From Oscillospiraceae bacterium (lineage in GTDB: Bacteria > Bacillota > Clostridia > Oscillospirales > CAG-272), in assembly GCA_015064445.1 (NCBI GenBank), contig SVSE01000004.1, positions 131,393-163,392 on the forward strand: a DNA stretch of 32,000 nucleotides, written 5' to 3'. Shown piece by piece: positions 18,234-26,907 of this stretch (the first letter of the stretch is position 1; each line of letters starts with the position of its first letter). Under the pieces are notes generated by a model. It ran no database searches. It saw only the letters and a program-made list of their open reading frames with translations, and was not told the DNA's origin. The translations under genes and the position numbers were made by a program.

Positions 18234-19619
18234 TTAGTTACTAAGCTCTCTTATAATTTCCTTAATATCGAATGCGAAATCGCTATCCTTCTCCATTGCG
18301 TCCTTGACAGCCTTTTCGCTTGAAACAAGAGTTGATCTATCACGATTAAGAATCTTTGCAATTTGAGTTTGAGAAAGCGAGGTAAGCTCTCTTGCTATGT
18401 AAACGCAGATATGTCTTGCCATAGCAATATCCTTTTTTCTCTTTTCAGAGAGGATATCCTCACGCGAGATTCCGAACTTTGTGGAAACTGCCATTAGGAT
18501 TTCATCAAATTTCTTTGATTCATTTTCCTTAACCTGAACAAAGTCCTTTATTGCGTCCTTAACACGGTCAAAGCTAAGCTCTCCACCCTGCAAGAACTTA
18601 ATAGCGCCAAGCTTTTTAATAATTCCCTCAAGCTGACGGATTGATGATGAAACATTGTCGGCAATGTATTTCAAAATCTCGCTTGAAAGATAGATATTAT
18701 TCTGCTTTGCCTTTTGTTGAAGAATTGCGAGCCTTAAATCAAAGTCTGGCAAGGAAACATCTGCCAAAAGACCACTCAAAAATCTTGTTCTAAGTCTTTC
18801 CTCAAGAGTTTTGATTTCATTTGGTGGACGGTCCGAGGTCAAGATGATTTGCTTTCTTTCCTCATAAACTGCATTAAAGGTGTTGAAAACCTCAAGCTGT
18901 GTTGAATCTCTACCAGCGACGAACTGAATATCGTCAATTAGAAGAACATCAACGCGTCTAAACTTTTCTCTAAATTCAAAGGTTGTTTTATTTCTAATCG
19001 CCTCAACGAGCTGATTAGTAAACTCCTCGCCCTTGATATATACAATTTTCTTTGAAGGATATCTTTTTGCAAGCTTATTTGTAATAGCATAAAGAAGATG
19101 CGTCTTACCTACACCACTTGGTCCATAAATAAAGAGTGGATTATAGGCATTTGAGCGAAGCGTTTCAGGGTCATCAAGATCCTTTTCTGAAACTGCCCTT
19201 GCAGCAGCATATGCAAATTCGTTTGATGCGCCAACGATAAAGTTATCAAAGGTATAATCCGAGCGATAATCATCAGGCATTACAATATCATCAGCTGTAG
19301 CCTCTCCGAGCTCTACCTTTTTAAAATGCTCAAGCTTTGGGGCGGAAAGGTCAATTTCCTCATTCTCTGTTGAGATGATAACAATTCTTGGTCTATAATT
19401 AACGATTGAGCAAAGTGCGTCCTGCATTTCCTCTGCGAAGTTTTCCAAAATTACATCTCTTTTTAAGTTATTAGTTGTTGTGAACATTGCTTCCTTTGAG
19501 GTAAGAGAAACAAACTCCATATCACCAAACCAGAGATTGTAGGCTGTGTCGACATGCTTTGATTTCAAAATTTCCGACATAGGAGCCCAAATAGCTTCCA
19601 AATTTTTAAAGTCTGACAC
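18234..19619 (-). CDS. dnaA: Chromosomal replication initiator DnaA
   Basis: 461 aa with AAA+ Walker A GPSGVGKTHLL and a C-terminal DnaA-box-binding domain (DIAMARHICVYIAREL). It has a GTG start at 19619 with an AAGGAAGG RBS. Confidence 0.97.
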   Translation of the reverse strand: MSDFKNLEAIWAPMSEILKSKHVDTAYNLWFGDMEFVSLTSKEAMFTTTNNLKRDVILENFAEEMQDALCSIVNYRPRIVIISTENEEIDLSAPKLEHFKKVELGEATADDIVMPDDYRSDYTFDNFIVGASNEFAYAAARAVSEKDLDDPETLRSNAYNPLFIYGPSGVGKTHLLYAITNKLAKRYPSKKIVYIKGEEFTNQLVEAIRNKTTFEFREKFRRVDVLLIDDIQFVAGRDSTQLEVFNTFNAVYEERKQIILTSDRPPNEIKTLEERLRTRFLSGLLADVSLPDFDLRLAILQQKAKQNNIYLSSEILKYIADNVSSSIRQLEGIIKKLGAIKFLQGGELSFDRVKDAIKDFVQVKENESKKFDEILMAVSTKFGISREDILSEKRKKDIAMARHICVYIARELTSLSQTQIAKILNRDRSTLVSSEKAVKDAMEKDSDFAFDIKEIIRELSN

Positions 19620-19724
19620 TGTAAAATTCCTTCCTTTTTAGTCAATTTTTCATAAATTATCTATCTTCTATTCAATACGCACGCCTACGCGCGAACACGC
19701 GAGCGCATACTTACTCTATATTAA

Positions 19725-19753
19725 ATTATATAATAAATATTGTATATTGTCAA
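19725..19753 (-). promoter_or_regulatory. Putative sigma-A promoter of dnaA (TTGACA-17-TATAAT)
   Basis: The minus strand reads cTTGACAatatacaatatttattaTATAATtt, with both hexamers at consensus and a 17-nt spacer, about 100 nt upstream of the GTG start. Confidence 0.7.
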
Positions 19754-19793
19754 GAATTTTTTATCAATTTTCCACGCTCTTGCTTGATAATTA

Positions 19794-19822
19794 TTGACAA
19801 TAATAAAAAAATGTGATAAAAT
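19794..19822 (+). promoter_or_regulatory. Putative sigma-A promoter (TTGACA-17-TAAAAT, TG-extended) for the ECF S-component gene
   Basis: The sequence is ttaTTGACAataataaaaaaatgTGaTAAAATactc, 26 nt upstream of ATG 19848. Confidence 0.65.
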
Positions 19823-19847
19823 ACTCAAAAAATAAAGGAGATGCAAT

Positions 19848-20450
19848 ATGGAAAAGAAAAAAATATCAACGCTTACTCTTTGTGAGCTTGGAATACTTTT
19901 TGCACTTGTAATTGTTCTTCAATCAATATCAAGCATAGGTGTAGTAACTCTTTGCCTTTGCCTTGTTCCTATAACTCTTGGCGCTATGACAATCGACTGG
20001 CGTGGTGGCGCTATCTTGGGCTTTACCTTTGGTGTTGTAGCTTTATTTTGGGGAATTGTTGGAAAGGATGTATTCACACTTTACCTCTTTCAGGCAAATC
20101 CTGTAATGACAATTTTGATTTGCATTGTAAAGGGAACTCTTTGTGGAATTGCCCCAGCACTCATTTGGAAGCTTTTAAAGGACAAAAACGCGATTTTGGC
20201 GTCAGTTGTGGCATCAATTATCACACCTGTTGTAAACACAGGAATTTTCGCCCTTGGCGCACTCTTAATCAAAAAGGATGTAATAGGAGTTGCTAATACT
20301 CTCGGAATACAGTTCGATAATTTCTTCACACTTCTATTTGGAGTTCTCATCACAACAAACTTCTTAATTGAGCTTGTAATAAACATAGTTTGCTCCCCTG
20401 CTCTTTGCAAGGTTACACAGGTTGTTGAAAAAAATTTCAAAAAGTCTTGA
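19848..20450 (+). CDS. ECF-transporter S-component-like integral membrane protein (substrate unknown)
   Basis: 200 aa with about 6 TM helices, of the size and hydrophobic pattern typical of ECF S components, and an AAAGGAG RBS. The family call is by general resemblance only. Confidence 0.5.
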   Translation: MEKKKISTLTLCELGILFALVIVLQSISSIGVVTLCLCLVPITLGAMTIDWRGGAILGFTFGVVALFWGIVGKDVFTLYLFQANPVMTILICIVKGTLCGIAPALIWKLLKDKNAILASVVASIITPVVNTGIFALGALLIKKDVIGVANTLGIQFDNFFTLLFGVLITTNFLIELVINIVCSPALCKVTQVVEKNFKKS

Positions 20451-20475
20451 CATATAAAAAAATATGTGATATATT
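20447..20475 (+). promoter_or_regulatory. Putative promoter (TTGACA-17-TATATT, TG-extended) driving the tRNA-Ser leader
   Basis: The sequence is cTTGACAtataaaaaaatatgTGaTATATT, overlapping the stop codon of the upstream gene and about 160 nt upstream of the tRNA. Confidence 0.55.
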
Positions 20476-20638
20476 AAATAGGCAAAATGCGTTATATGCA
20501 GAAATAACTTGACCAAAGTCAAGAATGATTACACTAATCGCTTACAAGCGAGCTTGACGCGATTTTAGTTTAATTTGCGAAGCGAATTTAAATCAAAGAT
20601 TTAAAGCCATTCGATATTCTCTGCATATATAAACATAT

Positions 20639-20725
20639 GCAGGAATATCGAAGCGGTCACAACGAGGCGGTCTTGAAAACCGTTGGCCTAACGGCACGGG
20701 GGTTCGAATCCCTCTTCCTGCGCCA
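20639..20725 (+). tRNA. tRNA-Ser (anticodon UGA), class II with a long variable arm and encoded CCA
   Basis: Hand fold: acceptor GCAGGAA/TTCCTGC; D stem TCG/CGA; anticodon stem GCGGT/ACCGT with loop CTTGAAA; a 14-nt variable arm; T arm GGGGG-TTCGAAT-CCCTC; discriminator G followed by CCA. Confidence 0.8.
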
Positions 20726-20728
20726 AAT

Positions 20729-20764
20729 AAAAAAGGTAGTGTTTATTTAGCACTACCTTTTTTG
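20729..20764 (+). terminator. Intrinsic terminator after tRNA-Ser
   Basis: The sequence is aaaaaGGTAGTGtttatttagCACTACCtttttt. Confidence 0.8.
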
Positions 20765-20944
20765 TTTCTCATAAATGTAATGAGGGATTCGAACCGTAGG
20801 CGTTAAGAAACCATTCGGGGAATGATTTTAGACGGTGACCGAAGAATTTTGCAAAGATAATGAAAGATATTAAACAAATCCTTTGCAAAATTCAAGAACG
20901 AATTTCTCTTCCTGCTTTTTAAAAATTCCTTTTCTCCCATCAAA

Positions 20945-20978
20945 TAAAAAAGATAGGCAAGTAGCCTATCTTTTTTTA
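20945..20978 (-). terminator. Terminator after the Cys-rich lipoprotein gene (bidirectional shape)
   Basis: The sequence aaaaaaGATAGGCaagtaGCCTATCttttttt ends 3 nt from the stop codon at 20981. Confidence 0.75.
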
Positions 20979-20980
20979 TT

Positions 20981-23900
20981 TTAGTTATTCTCTTTTGATA
21001 TGCTTATAATGCTACCACAGTCTGGGCAATATGTAACATTGTCATTGACGGTTGGAGTGCTATTGTGCTCAAAATCCTCACAAGGCTTGTAATTTTGAAT
21101 TACAAAGTCAAATTCAACGCTATCAATATAATCCCAGCAATCAAACTCAAGAGTGTAGGTTACTCCCTCTACAAGATAACAATTTAAATAGAAATTATTA
21201 TCTACTCCACTATTGTCGTTAACAAGTATAAGAGAATCTTCCTCATAGATATATAATACTGTGTCATGGTCGCCAATAGAATAAAATGAGTAAAATCCAC
21301 TTACGCTTGGAGTAAATTCAAATGTATTATTTGAATTTGACAATGTATAATTATGTATTTGTGCAAAGGTATTATATGAGCATTGTGAGCAATTACCAGA
21401 GAGATGATAGCATTCGCCTGAGTCAATTACATTATATACAAGAGAATGGTCATCTATTAATGCAAAATTAGAGATACCGAGGCATTCAACACAAATATCG
21501 ATTAAAATTTGTCTGCCCAAGCAGCCTGTTGAATTAAAATCAATTTTATGTCTGCTTGTATAACAATCGCCACAAATATTAACTGCGCCCTCTGCTACTA
21601 CAAATGATATGTCAATATTTTCATCAAAATCATAGTCGCCAGCTCTTAAAACATAGGTCTCTCCCTCGATTAAATCATAGGTAATCAAGAAATTGTTATT
21701 TATTCCATCATCATCGTTTGATGCAACAAGCTTATATTCGTTATCAACTAGCATATAAAGCCTTGCCTCTGTGTCATAACCTGTTACGGAATAGAAGGAA
21801 TATGTAGCTGTTTTTGGAGCGGTAAATATGTAATCATAGCAATAGCTACCGTCTGATGCCATTCGTGTGCTAACATTAAATATTGTTGATATTGCGCTCT
21901 TATTACATTCGGTGCACCTTGCTGTAACGGTTGGATTGCCAGCATAGCCAGGCTCAACAGTAGGAGTAAATGTGTGCTCTATTTCCTCGTATGAGAATAT
22001 CTTTTCATAGAAAGGAGTATTTCCCTTGCAAATTTCAATGGTTGAATAGTAAAGAACGACACATCCGTCCTTATTTTCCTTGCCCTCGCCTATGCGAAGC
22101 TTATAATCACATGTGCTACAGGAATATTCCTTTACGCCACCAGACTCGACAAGTGTAAGAGATTCATAATCTCCGTAAAGATCAATTTGTCTGTTACATA
22201 CACACGCCATTATGTCAAGGTTATGGGAATTACAAATATTGTCGCCCTTGCTTTGGTCTAAATCAAGGCTATAAATAAGATCTGTTATATGAGAATTGAA
22301 TGGGAAAACATCATAATGGTCACAATTTTTGCAGGCTTTTGCCATATAACCACCGTTTTTACAGTTGCCATCAATTATATTTATATTAATATTCTCGTAA
22401 TCGTGAGATGTACTCGCTTCCTCAATATATTTATAATCCTCAAAAAGCACAACTCCAGCAATTTTAGCAGTAATATCAATGTATTTCATAGCGGTACAGC
22501 CATCTGTCTTGGTTGTTCCCTTTAATATGAATACAACCTCGCCATTTTGCGACTCATATTTTTCAAAACCGTCCTCCACTGTTTTAGTAAAATCAGAAAG
22601 GGAAATTTCATAAATATTTGAGCTAATGCAAGTGCCACATGGACAGTATTTTACATTTAAGACAAGCTCGTTTGAGATAGTTGAATCGTACGAGTTAAGA
22701 ATATATTCTTCCTCAATTAAGCCCTTGCACTCGTTTATTATTTCAGATTCAGAATAGTCACAGGCTGTGCACGCGCTTACAATTTCAACGCCGTCCTTAC
22801 AGGTTGCGCCAAGAAGATTATAGCTTTCTTCAAGATTGTGCTCGGTATATTCGTAAATAACGCTTGTAAGCGATGTTGTGCCATAGAAAATATCTCTTGT
22901 CATTACAGTATGGCAATTTTCATCGGTTGCCATTGAGTAGGAATACTTAATAGGACAGCTACTACATGAATAGGTGTATACAGTAACGCCATTTACAACC
23001 TCTGCTGATGGTGTCATAGTACAGCTATATTCATAATCCATGTCAATAACCAAGCCACACGCATCACAAACTCTATTTAAAATCCAAGCGCCAGGGCAAG
23101 CGTCATCACAGCCTGTCAAATCAACATATTTTTCGGTAAATGAGTTGTGATAGTCGCTCTTGTATGATGCCTTTTGGTGACATTCCTTACATTCGCCAAC
23201 CATAATCACGCCATCATAGCAGGATTTGTTTTCCTCGTCTGTGAAAAGATATTTTATGTCCCAATCACACTCGCCACCAGCATATTCTTCGTCGATAAAT
23301 GAGGTAATAGGAGTGTCATTTTGGTCGTAAATTACAAGCTCGACAACATCTGTTTTGTTACAGCCGTCTAATTTTGTGTACTTGTCGATGACTATCTTAA
23401 GTGAGCAATCATCGCAGTCAATTGTTGTTATATTGTGTGTTAGTCCATCGAGCTTTGTTACACTCTCGGCTTCAGGCATTACACCATCATTACAAAAGAT
23501 TTCATATTCTTGAACATATAAAATCTCGCCACAGTCCTCACAAGCGCCAACATAGAAGTAGTTGTGACAGCTACTATACTCTCTTAGGTCAAGATAATAA
23601 GATACAGCATTTGAGTGACTTGGAATTTGCTCGACAACCGAGCCATCAAGATATGTATTTTTATCGTCGAAAATTTTAACTGAAAGCGAAAGCTCCTCAA
23701 CACAATTGCTTTTTGAGGTAACCTGTGTTTGATTTGACTTAATTCCACAGGTGGTGCAGGTGCCATTTTTGTCAAGGGTGCAAAGATATGAAAGGCATTC
23801 CGTATCTAAGGTCTGCATTTTACATTCCTTACACTCGGTGTAGCCAATAAAGCTTGGGCAGTAGCCATAATCGGCAAGATTTAGATACTTTGTATCAAGC

Positions 23901-24400
23901 TCCTTATGAGGACATTCGCTCTTACATCTAATGCACTTACCGTCGTTTTTATACTCGTGGCCAAGCGCGCTTATTTCAATTTCCTTAGACTCGGTATAGG
24001 TTGTTCCCTCAAAGGAAGCAGATGCGCGAATATATTTCTTACCATTTGCAGTACAGGTAGGCGCATCGCCTGCAACCTCCTCAAGTGTTGCTGAGATATT
24101 TTTCTCGTGTGCGCTATTAATCGAGCATTTTAGAGAAAGAAATGCAAAGCTCAAATCGTCGCTCCAAATCCAGCCCGACACCTCATAGTCGTGCTCAAGC
24201 GTAATTTCAAGCGCTTTAGTTTCCGTTTCGGTGCAATTCTTACAGGTTCTCTTCTGCTCTCCTGCGCTTTCGCAGGTGGGGGCTACGGTAATAATCCATT
24301 CGCCAAAGTCGTGCGATTCACATTCCTTATCACAGGAAAAAAGCACAAGCGAAAGGCAAATTATCATAGCACAAATTAAAAGTGATAGTAATTTTTTCAT
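20981..24400 (-). CDS. Large Cys-rich surface lipoprotein with two C-terminal PPC-like (pre-peptidase C-terminal) domains
   Basis: 1139 aa with a lipobox (LVLFSC) and an AAAGGAG RBS. The module H-x-[FYL]...C-x3-8-G...C-x2-C recurs many times. Two C-terminal repeats of about 85 aa (F.FTP...Y.FYS.G.DT.LY......ND......F.....L.EG.TY.L) have the look of PPC domains. Confidence 0.7.
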   Translation of the reverse strand: MKKLLSLLICAMIICLSLVLFSCDKECESHDFGEWIITVAPTCESAGEQKRTCKNCTETETKALEITLEHDYEVSGWIWSDDLSFAFLSLKCSINSAHEKNISATLEEVAGDAPTCTANGKKYIRASASFEGTTYTESKEIEISALGHEYKNDGKCIRCKSECPHKELDTKYLNLADYGYCPSFIGYTECKECKMQTLDTECLSYLCTLDKNGTCTTCGIKSNQTQVTSKSNCVEELSLSVKIFDDKNTYLDGSVVEQIPSHSNAVSYYLDLREYSSCHNYFYVGACEDCGEILYVQEYEIFCNDGVMPEAESVTKLDGLTHNITTIDCDDCSLKIVIDKYTKLDGCNKTDVVELVIYDQNDTPITSFIDEEYAGGECDWDIKYLFTDEENKSCYDGVIMVGECKECHQKASYKSDYHNSFTEKYVDLTGCDDACPGAWILNRVCDACGLVIDMDYEYSCTMTPSAEVVNGVTVYTYSCSSCPIKYSYSMATDENCHTVMTRDIFYGTTSLTSVIYEYTEHNLEESYNLLGATCKDGVEIVSACTACDYSESEIINECKGLIEEEYILNSYDSTISNELVLNVKYCPCGTCISSNIYEISLSDFTKTVEDGFEKYESQNGEVVFILKGTTKTDGCTAMKYIDITAKIAGVVLFEDYKYIEEASTSHDYENININIIDGNCKNGGYMAKACKNCDHYDVFPFNSHITDLIYSLDLDQSKGDNICNSHNLDIMACVCNRQIDLYGDYESLTLVESGGVKEYSCSTCDYKLRIGEGKENKDGCVVLYYSTIEICKGNTPFYEKIFSYEEIEHTFTPTVEPGYAGNPTVTARCTECNKSAISTIFNVSTRMASDGSYCYDYIFTAPKTATYSFYSVTGYDTEARLYMLVDNEYKLVASNDDDGINNNFLITYDLIEGETYVLRAGDYDFDENIDISFVVAEGAVNICGDCYTSRHKIDFNSTGCLGRQILIDICVECLGISNFALIDDHSLVYNVIDSGECYHLSGNCSQCSYNTFAQIHNYTLSNSNNTFEFTPSVSGFYSFYSIGDHDTVLYIYEEDSLILVNDNSGVDNNFYLNCYLVEGVTYTLEFDCWDYIDSVEFDFVIQNYKPCEDFEHNSTPTVNDNVTYCPDCGSIISISKENN

Positions 24401-24483
24401 AAGTGTCTCCTTTTAATGTTTTCTCCTGATTCTATACTACCAAAAAATCAAAAAAATGTCAATAAAAATAATGCGCGCCATAG

Positions 24484-24513
24484 TTGACAAAGTAAGGGAG
24501 GTTATGATAAAAT
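24484..24513 (+). promoter_or_regulatory. Putative promoter (TTGACA-18-TAAAAT, TG-extended) of the flavodiiron gene
   Basis: The sequence is agTTGACAaagtaagggaggttaTGaTAAAATtt, about 58 nt upstream of ATG 24571. Confidence 0.6.
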
Positions 24514-24570
24514 TTATTTGAAAACGATAGTTTTTATAAAAAATGGTTAAAATTAACACGAGGTGATAAG

Positions 24571-26361
24571 ATGTTTATTACAAATGATATCAAGTATATC
24601 GGTGTAAACGACCACAAGATCGACCTTTTTGAGGGACAGTACGATGTGCCTAACGGAATGGCATACAATTCCTATGCAATTCTTGATAAAAAGGTTGCAA
24701 TTATCGACACAGTAGATGTAAATTTCACACACGAGTGGCTCGATAACATTCAAAATACACTTGCCGGCAGAAAGCCCGATTATCTCATAATTCAGCATAT
24801 GGAGCCTGACCATTCTGCAAATATCGCTAACTTTATGCGCGTATATCCAAATACAACCGTAGTTTCCTCGCAAAAGGCGTTTGCAATGATGCTCAACTTC
24901 TTTGGAACAGAGTTTACTGATAATAGAATCGTTGTTGGCGAGGGCGATACACTCTCCCTTGGCGAGCATACTCTTACCTTTGTTAGCGCGCCTATGGTTC
25001 ACTGGCCAGAGGTTATTGTGACATATGATTCAAGGGACAAGGTTCTCTTCTCTGCTGACGGCTTCGGCAAGTTCGGCGCACTCGATGTTGAGGAGGATTG
25101 GGCGTGCGAGGCAAGACGCTACTATATCGGTATCGTTGGCAAATATGGCGCACAGGTACAGGCGCTTTTGAAAAAGGCAGCAGGACTTGATATAAGCATT
25201 ATTTGTCCACTTCACGGTCCTGTTCTTAGTGAAAATCTTGGCTACTATATCGGTCTTTATAATATCTGGTCAAGCTACAGCGTTGAAAGTGACGGAATTG
25301 TAATTGCGTACACATCTGTGTATGGAAATACCAAAAAGGCAGTTATGCTCTTGGCTGAAAAGCTCAAGGAAAAGGGCTGTCCTAAGGTAGTTGTAAACGA
25401 CCTTGCAAGATGCGATATGGCAGAGGCAGTTGAGGACGCATTTAGATACGGAAAGCTCGTGCTTGCGACCACAACCTATAACGCAGAGATTTTCCCATTT
25501 ATGCGTGAGTTTATCAACCACCTAACTGAGCGTAACTTCCAAAATCGCACAGTTGCCTTTATCGAAAACGGCAGCTGGGCACCTCTTGCAACTAAGGTTA
25601 TGAGAGGAATGCTTGAAAAGAGCAAAAATCTTACCTATACCGACGCAACCGTTAGAATTATGAGCGCGCTAAACGAGGAAAGCACCTCGCAAATTGAGGC
25701 ACTTGCAAGCGAGCTTTGTCGTGATTATCTTGCGCGTCAGAGTGAAACTGCAAATAAGAACGACCTAAGCGCACTTTTCAATATCGGCTATGGTCTTTAT
25801 GTTGTAACCTGTAACGACGGTAAAAAGGACAACGGTCTTATCGTAAACACCGTTACACAGCTTACAAATACACCAAACCGTGTTGCTGTAACAATCAATA
25901 AGGAAAACTACTCGCACCATATAATTAAGCAGACAGGCGTTATGAATGTAAATTGCCTTTCTGTTGACACTCCATTCGCTGTTTTTGAAAAATTCGGCTT
26001 CCAGAGTGGTCGTAATGTAGATAAATTCGAGGGCTGTGAGCCACTCCGCTCCGACAACGGTCTTATCTTCCTTCCAAGAAACATAAATTCGTTTATGTCC
26101 CTTAAGGTTGAGAGCTATGTTGACCTCGATACTCACGGAATGTTCATCTGCTCCGTTACCGAGGCGCGCGTGATTTCCGATAGAGAAACAATGTCCTATA
26201 CCTATTATCTTGAAAATGTTAAGCCAAAGCCACAAACCGAGGGCAAAAAGGGCTATGTGTGCAAGATTTGTGGTTATGTTTACGAGGGCGATACTCTCCC
26301 CGACGACTTTATTTGTCCTTTGTGTAAGCATGGGGTTGCGGATTTTGAACCAATCGTCTAA
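24571..26361 (+). CDS. Multidomain flavodiiron protein: metallo-beta-lactamase-like diiron core, flavodoxin, flavin-reductase-like domain and C-terminal rubredoxin
   Basis: Diiron ligand motif HMEPDH, a flavodoxin segment (IVIAYTSVYGNTKK), a flavin-reductase-like segment (GLYVVTCNDGKKDNGLIVNTV) and a rubredoxin end (YVCKICGYVYEG..FICPLCKH). Confidence 0.85.
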   Translation: MFITNDIKYIGVNDHKIDLFEGQYDVPNGMAYNSYAILDKKVAIIDTVDVNFTHEWLDNIQNTLAGRKPDYLIIQHMEPDHSANIANFMRVYPNTTVVSSQKAFAMMLNFFGTEFTDNRIVVGEGDTLSLGEHTLTFVSAPMVHWPEVIVTYDSRDKVLFSADGFGKFGALDVEEDWACEARRYYIGIVGKYGAQVQALLKKAAGLDISIICPLHGPVLSENLGYYIGLYNIWSSYSVESDGIVIAYTSVYGNTKKAVMLLAEKLKEKGCPKVVVNDLARCDMAEAVEDAFRYGKLVLATTTYNAEIFPFMREFINHLTERNFQNRTVAFIENGSWAPLATKVMRGMLEKSKNLTYTDATVRIMSALNEESTSQIEALASELCRDYLARQSETANKNDLSALFNIGYGLYVVTCNDGKKDNGLIVNTVTQLTNTPNRVAVTINKENYSHHIIKQTGVMNVNCLSVDTPFAVFEKFGFQSGRNVDKFEGCEPLRSDNGLIFLPRNINSFMSLKVESYVDLDTHGMFICSVTEARVISDRETMSYTYYLENVKPKPQTEGKKGYVCKICGYVYEGDTLPDDFICPLCKHGVADFEPIV

Positions 26362-26466
26362 TGGTTTTATGCTTTGCAATACTGCGTTGCTCCCGAATGC
26401 CGACCTCGGAGTATGTAAATACACCATCGTCCGTCATTCTTCCGGTGCGCCTTGTCTTGCTTAGCC
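26362..26466 (+). repeat. Stop-codon-anchored imperfect-palindrome element, copy B2 (after the flavodiiron gene)
   Basis: It starts directly after the TAA at 26359-26361. The sequence is gctttgcaatactgcGTTGCTCCcgaatgccgacctcggagtat..atacacc..cgtccgtcattc..CGGTGCGCCttgtcttgc. Confidence 0.8.
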
Positions 26467-26565
26467 TAAAAGCCATTATCATAGGTGGTTTTATGCGTCG
26501 TTATGCGTCGTTACTAACCGCTTTCATCAAAAACAAATTAAAAATATATATAAGAGGTAAAAGCT

Positions 26566-26724
26566 ATGAAAAAGTATGTATGTGAAGTATGTGGATGGGA
26601 ATACGATGAGGCTGAGGGCGCTCCAGAGTACGGAATCGCTCCTGGCACAAAATTCGAGGATCTTCCAGAGGATTTCGAGTGCCCGCTTTGTGGAGTGGAT
26701 AAGACTAATTTCGCAGAAGCATAA
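26566..26724 (+). CDS. Rubredoxin (52 aa; below the ORF-track size cutoff)
   Basis: My own translation gives [52 protein letters not shown], with two CxxC pairs and an AAGAGG RBS 8 nt upstream. Confidence 0.9.
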   Translation: MKKYVCEVCGWEYDEAEGAPEYGIAPGTKFEDLPEDFECPLCGVDKTNFAEA

Positions 26725-26834
26725 TTTAAGAGGCTTATGCTTTGCAATACATCGTTGCTCCCGAATGCCGACCTCGGAGTATGCATATACACCGTCGCCC
26801 GTCATTCTTGCGGTGCGCCTTGTCTTGCTTTGCC
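26722..26834 (+). repeat. Stop-codon-anchored imperfect-palindrome element, copy B3 (after rubredoxin)
   Basis: It begins TAATTTAAG at the rubredoxin stop, as B1 does. It is about 90% identical to B2 and in direct orientation to it. Confidence 0.8.
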
Positions 26835-26875
26835 TAACCACTCTTAAAATAGGGTTTTAAACACCATAAAACAAG

Positions 26876-26905
26876 AAAAACAGCCACAGAAGTGGCTGTT
26901 TTTTG
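26876..26905. terminator. Bidirectional terminator (AAAAACAGCCAC-agaa-GTGGCTGTTTTTT) between the convergent rubredoxin and zinc-ribbon genes
   Basis: An A-tract, hairpin and T-tract arrangement, with the same stem as at 3293 and 31975. Confidence 0.8.
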
Positions 26906-26907
26906 CT

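Noticed and set aside
20639-20725. Possible tRNA-Sec, suggested by the long variable arm and the acceptor
   Set aside because: The anticodon loop reads C-T-TGA-A-A. The anticodon is therefore UGA, which decodes UCA (Ser), and not UCA. The acceptor stem is 7 bp, so this is an ordinary class II tRNA-Ser.
20766-20925. Integrated prophage or genomic island at tRNA-Ser
   Set aside because: Only short tRNA-end fragments are present. The window contains no integrase, phage or conjugation gene, and the direct repeat lies only 200 bp from the tRNA. At most this is a scar, and it is reported as a low-interest finding.
26362-26834. Integron attC sites (imperfect palindromes directly after ORFs, in constant orientation, with bulged bases)
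   Set aside because: I see no RYYYAAC/GTTRRRY core sites, no integron integrase in the window, and the host genes are housekeeping genes in their normal operons. The resemblance is structural only, and it is mentioned as an analogy under the ssDNA-hairpin hypothesis.
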